In this document: piece by piece, positions 56,744 through 64,000 of the stretch | Numbering within the stretch: the stretch's first letter is position 1 | Layout: each line of letters opens with the position of its first letter | DNA from: a virus | IMG/VR virus record: IMGVR_UViG_3300034069_001154 | Span: 87-64,086 of that record | DNA length: 64,000 bases | Reading direction: 5' to 3' (one strand) | The notes under the pieces: generated by a model | Told to the model about the DNA's origin: nothing | Seen by the model: the letters and a program-made list of their open reading frames with translations, nothing else | The model's database searches: none | Made by a program: the position numbers and the translations under genes

Positions 56744-57252
56744 AGTTTAAGCTGATAGTAGGTAATAGAAGGTTTCAAGTCGATGAGATTAGTGAGGTTG
56801 ATCTGATTTACTATGAATGCGAGTATATACCTAGTGTTAGTAGTAATATGAGGTTATTTGCTATGCCGAAGGTTAGTGATGAGATCTCTGCGGTTGTAAG
56901 TCTAGAGCACATGACAGAAAATACGCCAGACCTAGATCCATTAATTTGCGCAACTTTTCGGTGTGATGGGTCTGAACTAAGAGGTATTAGATTTCAAGTG
57001 CCGGCAAAGTATTTTCATAGTTTCAAGAAGATTAGTACACGTGAATATTGGAAGAAGGTTGATTACACAGATGACTTCTTTATCTGTAGCTGCCAGAATG
57101 TGCTAGTACTCAGAAATGCACTAATGAATAAAGCAGGGCGTACTGATAATGGAGCAGTTGAGTTGACTTTTAAGTTTGAACACTATGAAACATTCCCAAT
57201 TCAATTACTAGATAAAGTAATAGAAAGATCCTATGAGAAGAAAGAGACTTAG
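56740..57252 (+). CDS. hypothetical protein
   Basis: 170 aa; terminator follows. Confidence 0.65.
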   Translation: MKFKLIVGNRRFQVDEISEVDLIYYECEYIPSVSSNMRLFAMPKVSDEISAVVSLEHMTENTPDLDPLICATFRCDGSELRGIRFQVPAKYFHSFKKISTREYWKKVDYTDDFFICSCQNVLVLRNALMNKAGRTDNGAVELTFKFEHYETFPIQLLDKVIERSYEKKET

Positions 57253-57295
57253 TTCTCTTTTTTTTTTACTTCCTTGCCCTAAATCCCTTACTTGT

Positions 57296-58069
57296 ATGAG
57301 AAAGGATAAGTTAGTTGAATTTTTAATAAGAAGTGGATTTACATTTCAAGTAGGTGAGTTTATAATACCTGCATTTATATTTAACAAAGATAATAAAACA
57401 ATTGATCTAAGGGAGAATAGATTCAGTACCTTCAAAGAAAGAAAAAGTACGTGGGTAAGATTCTTTGAGCTAATTATTAATAGGTACTACCCAAATTTAA
57501 ACTATTGCAGGGAAGTTCCACTCATAATAGAGGATAGAAATCTTTGGAGAAACTTTTGTGTAACAGAAGACGTAGATTGTACTCCCGAAATTTTAGATAG
57601 GAATTATTTCTTGGCAGATTATATTTTTCCAGAGTATAACCTGATGGTGGAAATAGACTCTAACTTGCACGATAAAGAGTACGACAATGCTAGAGATGAC
57701 TATGTCAAAAGTACTTGGGGATTTAATATTCTAAGGTTCTTTGAATTTGGTAGTAATCCTTCAAGTATGGGAAAATATTTAGATCGACTAGATCAAGCGA
57801 CTAGCCCGAGAAACAGAAATAATGCAATATTATATTATTCTGGTTATCTAGAAAACTGGTTTATTACTAAATTTCCTAAAGTATACAACCTAATTGATCA
57901 GATAGAGTTAGACTTATCTAATTACAAAGGGGTTATAAAATCTATAAAACTTCACAATATATTACAAAAGGCTGACTTGAAGTTTTTACGGAAGAATAAA
58001 TTACAGTTTAAGATGCTAAGGAGATATTTTAAAATCATATATAAAATGGACGTAATTACAACGCCCTGA
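57296..58069 (+). CDS. Vsr/DUF559-like (EDxHD-type) endonuclease
   Basis: RNYFLADYIFPEYNLMVEIDSNLHD; paralog of 743-1492; start reassigned to the ATG at 57296 after terminator and promoter. Confidence 0.7.
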   Translation: MRKDKLVEFLIRSGFTFQVGEFIIPAFIFNKDNKTIDLRENRFSTFKERKSTWVRFFELIINRYYPNLNYCREVPLIIEDRNLWRNFCVTEDVDCTPEILDRNYFLADYIFPEYNLMVEIDSNLHDKEYDNARDDYVKSTWGFNILRFFEFGSNPSSMGKYLDRLDQATSPRNRNNAILYYSGYLENWFITKFPKVYNLIDQIELDLSNYKGVIKSIKLHNILQKADLKFLRKNKLQFKMLRRYFKIIYKMDVITTP

Positions 58070-58082
58070 AATCCTTAATAGT

Positions 58083-58342
58083 GTAATAGGGGTATTGGGG
58101 TTGAAATATACTTTGATACTAGATCGAATTTTGTCTAGTTTTATAGATCTATTAGCAAGTTTGTTTGCTAAGCTAAATTCGCTAGGCTACCCGATGTAGC
58201 GGTAAAGGAAGCTATGTACGCAGGAGGTTCTACGGAAGGCCGTGAAGGTGCACCAAATTCCCGGCAGAACTACGGTACTGGTAGAGATAGAGAGTCGAAA
58301 GGATAGTTATTTATGAGTAACTAGCTCTCTGTCGTTTTTTTT
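58083..58342 (+). ncRNA. multi-copy structured ncRNA, copy E
   Basis: GAATTTTGTCTAGTTTTATAG..CTAGGCTACCC..TGTAGCG..AAGCTATGTACGCAGG..CGGTACTGGTAGAG-ATAGAGAG..CTCTCTGTC-T8; promoter overlaps the nuclease stop codon. Confidence 0.75.
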
Positions 58343-58398
58343 CGTTCCCCTTGATTCCTTATTGTTGTGAAAGAAGTAATAACAAATATAAGAAGAAG

Positions 58399-59496
58399 AT
58401 GATTAATTTGTATGAGCTAGAAGACATTACATTATTACCAAGTGCTATTAATAACGGCCACTTATCCGCTGACGTAGATTTCTTGGTTAGTGATGAATTA
58501 GATGTAACAGGAAGTAATACAGATACACTTCCAATATTCACCTCCCCAATGCCATCAATAGTAGGTAGTGAGAGTGCCAAGATTTATGATGCAGCGGGAA
58601 TACGGCCGATCATACCTAGCACTGAAAATATTGACCTAAGACTTAATTATTGTGCTTGGGTATTCTGTGCATTTACGGTGGTTGAAGCAAGGAGAAACTT
58701 TTTGAATACGAGACGAGAGAGCAATAATCAGTTCCATATCTGTATCGATGCTGGTAATGGTCATGATGCAGGTATTATGTCTCTTTGTAATGAACTTAAG
58801 AAGATGTATGGTGGTCAGATCTTACTTATGGGCGGAAATATAGCAAATCCGAATACCTATGAGTATTACAGTAAGGCCGGATTTGATTATATGAGAGTCG
58901 GTATATCTGGAGGTTCATTGGTAGATAAGTGCAAGTATGGTTTTCATTATCCACTTGCTAGCTTACTCAATGATATAAAGGCTGAGAAAAGTAAGTCGGT
59001 TAATAAGAATCTCCGCCCAGTTAAGGTAATAGCTGATGGTGGTGTTGATTCATACCTTCATGCTGTTAAATGTCTTGCCTTGGGTGCTGATTATGTAATG
59101 ATAGGAAGAGACTTTGCTAGGGTACTTGAGGCAGAGGGTGAGATCTTGATGAAAAGTGGTCAGACAGAGTATACACCAATTGACAGAACTACACTGCCGC
59201 CGAATATGGACCAGTATAAGATAAAATCAAATCAGTTCAGTAGGTATTATTGGGGAAATACAACGCCTAAGGTAAGAGCTGAGAGGGCTGGTTTTAAGAG
59301 TGTTGAGGACTGGGAAAAATCGGTCGGTAGTAAGGTAGTATTATCGGACTCAGGCTGGGAAAGTGTTAGCATTGAATTAACACTCGACGAATGGGTAGAT
59401 GAATTTAAGAACTGTGCATACTATTCGTTCATGATGACAAACTCAACAACCTGGAAAGAATTTAAGGAGAATGTTAGGTATGCAGTTCAATACTAG
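58399..59496 (+). CDS. IMPDH/GMP reductase-fold protein lacking the catalytic Cys
   Basis: YELEDITLLP, IFTSPM, IDAGNGH, MGGNIA, VGISGGSLV (Cys position is Val), VIADGG, ADYVMIG; start reassigned from 58351. Confidence 0.75.
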   Translation: MINLYELEDITLLPSAINNGHLSADVDFLVSDELDVTGSNTDTLPIFTSPMPSIVGSESAKIYDAAGIRPIIPSTENIDLRLNYCAWVFCAFTVVEARRNFLNTRRESNNQFHICIDAGNGHDAGIMSLCNELKKMYGGQILLMGGNIANPNTYEYYSKAGFDYMRVGISGGSLVDKCKYGFHYPLASLLNDIKAEKSKSVNKNLRPVKVIADGGVDSYLHAVKCLALGADYVMIGRDFARVLEAEGEILMKSGQTEYTPIDRTTLPPNMDQYKIKSNQFSRYYWGNTTPKVRAERAGFKSVEDWEKSVGSKVVLSDSGWESVSIELTLDEWVDEFKNCAYYSFMMTNSTTWKEFKENVRYAVQY

Positions 59497-59502
59497 GAAG
59501 AT

Positions 59503-60153
59503 ATGAAGTTTGAAGAAATTAAAGAATATATAAAGAAGAAGGCCCCTAAGTATGTATATTATGACACAATGGGACCAATCTGTATTGATGATATTACAGT
59601 TCTTAATAGGCTGGAGTTATCAGTAGAGCACCTGACGATAGTGTTTAGCAAGGATCAGGATTGTACATTAAATATTGGTGTAGATATTCCGCCAGTAGAG
59701 TATAATTCTAACTCTTGGGGAAATATCACTCATTGTATCTATTGGCTCGATCTGTTGGTGTTTGACATAATTAATAAGTACGATGGTAAGGTGAGTAGGG
59801 AGGTTAATTTTGAATTTCCTTACCACGACGAGGATACAAGTATAGATATTCCACCGGGCTACCTATATGTCAGTCCAGTTGCTATGCATTTCGTAGTAGG
59901 CCTAAGTAATGTAGTGGACGGTTTAAAAGTTAAAATACTACCACCACGAGGAAGAATAGATTACACTACAATTTATGCATACTTTCCAGACTTACCAATT
60001 GACGGAGTAGAAATCGGACACTGCTTTAATTCGATCTGCAAGCCCTTCATGAAATTATTAGAGGAGAAGAAAAGGTTAGTAATTGAAGATTGTGATGGCC
60101 CACTCTCTAAGTCCTCACCTGACTATAAAGACTATATTGATTTTCTAGCATAA
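59503..60153 (+). CDS. hypothetical protein
   Basis: 216 aa ORF followed by a terminator. Confidence 0.7.
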   Translation: MKFEEIKEYIKKKAPKYVYYDTMGPICIDDITVLNRLELSVEHLTIVFSKDQDCTLNIGVDIPPVEYNSNSWGNITHCIYWLDLLVFDIINKYDGKVSREVNFEFPYHDEDTSIDIPPGYLYVSPVAMHFVVGLSNVVDGLKVKILPPRGRIDYTTIYAYFPDLPIDGVEIGHCFNSICKPFMKLLEEKKRLVIEDCDGPLSKSSPDYKDYIDFLA

Positions 60154-60300
60154 ATGTACCCTACCTAACTTGTCTGTGATAGATAGGTTAGGTACTTTTT
60201 TTGCCCCGTGAAATGTCCTAAATCCCTTATTAATGTAATGAAAGTTATCTCAAGAAAATCAAAGGTCTTGGGATAAATTATTTTTTAACACTATAAAATT

Positions 60301-60681
60301 ATGAAGAAGATAAATATTAACATTGACGTTTACTATACAAAGGTAATCGTCTTGGTAGGAACTAGAGCTGAAATAATAGAACAGCTCAGTAAGAAGAAAG
60401 ATGTTCAATTATCAAAGGTAGTTGAGCAGTTAAAGAAAAATAGTCTGAGAGGATTCGCAACAAAGCAGATCAATAGTCTTGGTGCTTATATAGTAGGTAT
60501 TGAGACTGATAACCTGAAGACTGCAAGTATAGAGTCGGTCTTAGTGCATGAGTTATTTCATGTTACAGAGAATATACTATCTGATAGAAAGGTAGTACTA
60601 GGTGGAGAACATTCTGCCTATTTGATTGGTTACCTAATGGATAAAGCCGTTAAGGGGATCAATAAGAAAGAGAAGAAATAA
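60301..60681 (+). CDS. hypothetical protein with HExxH (possible zincin-like motif)
   Basis: VLVHELFHV..EHSAYL. Confidence 0.6.
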   Translation: MKKININIDVYYTKVIVLVGTRAEIIEQLSKKKDVQLSKVVEQLKKNSLRGFATKQINSLGAYIVGIETDNLKTASIESVLVHELFHVTENILSDRKVVLGGEHSAYLIGYLMDKAVKGINKKEKK

Positions 60682-60756
60682 AAATCTTCTCTTTTTCTTT
60701 TCAACCGGTCTCTGTATTATTCACTGCATCTAGGAAGCCTTCAATCCCTTATTAAT

Positions 60757-60874
60757 GATAATATAGAATACACATTATTGACGAGGAGATTCTACGTGTG
60801 AAATAGAAGAAGCTCATATAAATAGTTGATAATGTGTGGGAGAGCTGGGATGTATTTCTCGGCTCTTTTTTTTT
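60757..60874 (+). ncRNA. candidate small RNA cassette
   Basis: Promoter CCTTCAATCCCTTATTAATG to terminator GAGCTGGGA..TCTCGGCTC-T9; no credible ORF. Confidence 0.3.
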
Positions 60875-61046
60875 GTTTCCCCTTAATTCCTTACTCGTGT
60901 GAAAACAATAATAACAGTAAAACATCTATTATGATTAACAAAAGAAATGCAGTACTTTGTTGTTCATGTAATTATTCAGAAGACAACAGGTACTTTAAAC
61001 TTTATGGACGTGATGAAAGTATGAATTCATTTTATAACAAAAATTT

Positions 61047-63221
61047 ATGGAAAGATTAACAGAACTGATGAGAGTCCAGTTTGAGAAGATGTGTAAGACT
61101 GGAAAATTATTTAGGAGTAGTGTAGATCCAGAACAGCTTTGGACTACCTACTTAGAGGGAATGAAGCCAGATCCAACTTTCAGGGACATTAATAGTAGTG
61201 TTCATAACTGTAACTACTGCCATGGTTTTATAAAGAGGTATGGTAACATTATTGCATTTGACTCTGACCTCAATATTATGACCTTGTTTGACTTGGATAT
61301 ACAGGACAAGGAAGTTGAAGATGAGTATGGTAAGTCAGTTCGTGCTATGTCTGCGCTTATTAAGGGCGCCGAGGTAGGAGGAGTTTTTGTCGAGTCATTA
61401 TCGTACTTGAAAAACCCAAGAACTCCATACGAATCAAACCCAACAGACAATCAGCCAACTTATCTCCTAGGTGTTCGGCGCAATACAAAGCGCTACCTAC
61501 TAGAAGATGTACAGAGATGGCCAGATTCAGGGATAGTAGAAAATCAGACCATCACTTTCAATCACTTTTGCGTTGAGATACCATCCGAGTTCATCAATAA
61601 AACTGGTGATAGTACTGAAAGTCTGGTTGGTCTCGCTAAGTCTAATCATGATGTACTAGTGAGGGCAATGGAAGAGGTTAGCTTGGATACATTAGAGCTC
61701 ATCAAGGACTTAACATTACAAGGATCACTACTTAATGGCGATTCTTATATGAGGGCCTTGAATTTTGCGATCGATTGTAAGAAAGAATACAATCAGGTAG
61801 AGCAAGGTAAGAGGGACAGATGGGCTTGGTCAGTATCTAGTAGGGCTGGTATTAAGTCTAGGTTCTTGAATACTGCAATTGGTACTCTTATGTCTGACCT
61901 ATCACAAGGTATGGAAATCAATGAGGCCTGCAAGTCATTCAATTACAAGGTAGATCCAGCCAACTACATGAAGGCTAGTGCACCTATTACTAAGAAACAG
62001 ATTGAAGAAGCTGAGAAGTTTGTGAAGGAGAATGGATACGAAGATTCATTCAATAGGAGGTGCGCAGTGATTGATGACATCGACCTTCCTAACATACTAC
62101 ATATTAACTCAGATCTTGCAAAGGCTAAGTCTGTGGTAAGTGTATTTGATGGGCTGACTCCTACGCACTCACAACACAAGAAGGCAGTCTTTGATAATGT
62201 CGAGGAAGTAGGAATTGAGAAGTTCATGCAAGATATTCTGCCAGGATGTACCGGTGTGGAATTATACCTTGAGAATCGCCACGCAGAGAATTTTGTATCA
62301 CTCATTACATCAACTAACAAAGATAGTAAGAGGATATTCAAGTGGCAAAATAACTTCTCTTGGACTTACACCGGAAACTTGGCAGGAAAAAGCATGATCA
62401 AAAAAGCAGTGAAGTCGGCAGGTGGTTTTGTTGATGCACCTTTCAGATTCTCAATACTCTGGAACGAAGATGGACGAAGTATTGTTGACTTTGATGCACA
62501 CCTAGTAGAGCCAGGGAGCGACCATATCTACTACGGCTTACATAATATCAATAAGATGATGGACCAGGTACAGAGACAAAAGAGTAGTTGTGGTGGTGTT
62601 ATTGATATTGATATGATTAGGCCAAGAGGAGTGGGAGTTGAAAATATCTTCTACCCCGACATGAGTACTGTAAGAGACGGCTTATATCACCTCTACATAC
62701 ATAACTTCGATGGTGGTAAGAATAGTGGCGTCAAAGCAGAGGTAGTAGTAGATAATCAAACGTTTAACTTTGAGGTAGGCCAGGAAGTAAAGAAAGATGT
62801 ACAGATAGCAGACATCTATATTAAGAATGGCCAGCTTAAGAAGATTGAAAATACACCATACCTAGTAAGCAGCGATACTAAGCAGGTGACAGTATTTGGC
62901 TTGGACACACTAGAATTCCACAAGGTTAATCTTCTCTGTCTTAGTCCAAATTACTGGCAAGAGAACGGTGTAGGTAATAAACACTACTTCTTTATGCTAG
63001 AAGGGGCTATGTCACCAGAGGATATTAGAACCTTCCACAATGAATTCTTGACACCAGAACTATTACAACATAGAAAAGTAATGGAAGTACTGGGTCATAA
63101 GTGTAGGTGTAAGTCAGTACCTGGGCAGCTTAGTGGACTTGGCTTTAATGCAACAGTCCGTGATGAGGTAGTAGTGAGATTAAGTGGATCACATAAGAGA
63201 GTAGTACGAATTAAATTTTAA
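61047..63221 (+). CDS. large conserved phage protein of unknown function (possible DUF2135/YfaP-like region in the C-terminal half)
   Basis: 724 aa; HNCNYCH near the N-terminus; NFSWTYTG..VKSAGG..FRFSILWN..DFDAHLVEP. Confidence 0.7.
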   Translation: MERLTELMRVQFEKMCKTGKLFRSSVDPEQLWTTYLEGMKPDPTFRDINSSVHNCNYCHGFIKRYGNIIAFDSDLNIMTLFDLDIQDKEVEDEYGKSVRAMSALIKGAEVGGVFVESLSYLKNPRTPYESNPTDNQPTYLLGVRRNTKRYLLEDVQRWPDSGIVENQTITFNHFCVEIPSEFINKTGDSTESLVGLAKSNHDVLVRAMEEVSLDTLELIKDLTLQGSLLNGDSYMRALNFAIDCKKEYNQVEQGKRDRWAWSVSSRAGIKSRFLNTAIGTLMSDLSQGMEINEACKSFNYKVDPANYMKASAPITKKQIEEAEKFVKENGYEDSFNRRCAVIDDIDLPNILHINSDLAKAKSVVSVFDGLTPTHSQHKKAVFDNVEEVGIEKFMQDILPGCTGVELYLENRHAENFVSLITSTNKDSKRIFKWQNNFSWTYTGNLAGKSMIKKAVKSAGGFVDAPFRFSILWNEDGRSIVDFDAHLVEPGSDHIYYGLHNINKMMDQVQRQKSSCGGVIDIDMIRPRGVGVENIFYPDMSTVRDGLYHLYIHNFDGGKNSGVKAEVVVDNQTFNFEVGQEVKKDVQIADIYIKNGQLKKIENTPYLVSSDTKQVTVFGLDTLEFHKVNLLCLSPNYWQENGVGNKHYFFMLEGAMSPEDIRTFHNEFLTPELLQHRKVMEVLGHKCRCKSVPGQLSGLGFNATVRDEVVVRLSGSHKRVVRIKF

Positions 63222-63229
63222 AGAAAAGT

Positions 63230-63643
63230 ATGTACAAGAAAGCAATGAAACTCCATCTTAGATATACTACTAAGATTGGACAAGTAACAACAGAAGAACT
63301 TTGGAGCCTTAAGATGTCAGATCTCCAGAGTGCAGTAGAAGACGCATACGAGGAGAAAGAAAGACTCCAAGGTGCAGGTGGTCAGGGTGAGCTTAGTTTC
63401 TTAGAGACAAAGCCACAAGATCCAGAGATTGAACAGGCAGTGCTCCGTTTTGAAGTGCTCAAGGATGTTTACTTGACAAGAGTGAATGACAGTAAGCAGG
63501 CAAGAGAAAACTATCAGACAAGCAAGGAGATTCAAGAACTGGAGGATATCTTGGCTGAAAAGAAGAGAGCTGATATCAAGAACATGTCAGCAGAAGATCT
63601 TGAAAAACTTATCCAGGAAAAGAGGGGTAAGCTGAGTAAGTAA
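63230..63643 (+). CDS. conserved phage hypothetical coiled-coil protein
   Basis: LRYTTKIGQVTTEELWSL N-terminus; co-transcribed with the 724 aa gene. Confidence 0.7.
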   Translation: MYKKAMKLHLRYTTKIGQVTTEELWSLKMSDLQSAVEDAYEEKERLQGAGGQGELSFLETKPQDPEIEQAVLRFEVLKDVYLTRVNDSKQARENYQTSKEIQELEDILAEKKRADIKNMSAEDLEKLIQEKRGKLSK

Positions 63644-63758
63644 AATAATTAAGAGAATAGAGGTCAGTATGTTGGCTTCTATTCTTTTTTGTTCAGGGAT
63701 AAGAAAAGAAAAATACTCATACCTAAGATTTCTCCTAAGTATGAGTAAAACTAGTTTA

Positions 63759-63992
63759 TTAAAGCAAGATCCAGAGCACCAGTAAGATTCCTACTACTAC
63801 TCCGATAATATCCGCTACTATGTCACGTGCTTCTGGTGATCCATTATTTTTTTTATCCCAGACCTCCTTCACAATACCAATACCAACTGTTAAGACTGAT
63901 GAAACAATAAGAGTCATCATTAGTGGCATGCCGGTAAGTGCAAATAGTTTATACAAGAATACAGCAATTAACATACTAACTACTGCGTGCAT
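63759..63992 (-). CDS. small membrane protein (possibly 5'-truncated at the window edge)
   Basis: Hydrophobic helices with KEVWD..DIVADIIG motif. Confidence 0.65.
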   Translation of the reverse strand: MHAVVSMLIAVFLYKLFALTGMPLMMTLIVSSVLTVGIGIVKEVWDKKNNGSPEARDIVADIIGVVVGILLVLWILL

Positions 63993-64000
63993 CCATTTGT

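Noticed and set aside
60826-61059. 77 aa ORF
   Set aside because: The 5' half spans a terminator and promoter; only a 42 aa portion from the ATG at 60931 is plausible and it is unsupported
1-64000. Alternative genetic code (TAG or TGA recoding as in Lak and some crAss-like phages)
   Set aside because: Long genes are intact in code 11 and many end in TAG or TGA with correct coupling; the only internal TAG found aligns to Trp in one paralog
1-64000. CRISPR array or TIGR-like short-repeat array
   Set aside because: No run of regularly spaced 25-45 nt repeats with unique spacers seen; the repeated elements are dispersed 260-300 nt units

Overview
This AT-rich, gene-dense 64 kb window is most consistent with the non-structural (replication, metabolism, accessory) region of a large dsDNA phage, probably a jumbo phage of a Bacteroidota host. 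That host call is inferred from A-rich ribosome-binding regions without Shine-Dalgarno sites, TAnnnnTG-like promoters and a Prevotella-style MKKxYxxP peptide; no virion genes are visible. Genetic code 11 reads cleanly. Recognisable genes: family A DNA polymerase split by two ORF-less group I introns (spliced product 1186 aa), Pnkp-type kinase/phosphatase/RNA ligase, tRNA-Leu(TAG), ClpC, ClpP, an AAA+/M41 protease fusion, Hsp20, TelA, DHH phosphoesterase, NadE, two GMPR/IMPDH-fold proteins, a PI-PLC-like enzyme, a PD-(D/E)XK nuclease, three Vsr/EDxHD-like endonucleases, two paralogous SF2 helicase-like proteins each behind a GAGCGNAGCG hairpin cluster, and a T5orf172/GIY-YIG-like nuclease sharing their C-terminal domain. 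The most unusual signal is a multi-copy family of about 260-300 nt structured non-coding RNAs (5 full copies plus 1 partial). Each has its own promoter, the five full copies end in a hairpin plus U-tract and show compensatory base changes, and every Vsr-like endonuclease gene has a copy just downstream. Two expanded families of small paralogous ORFs each contain one member broken by a single point lesion. All homology calls come from motif reading by eye; no database searches were run.
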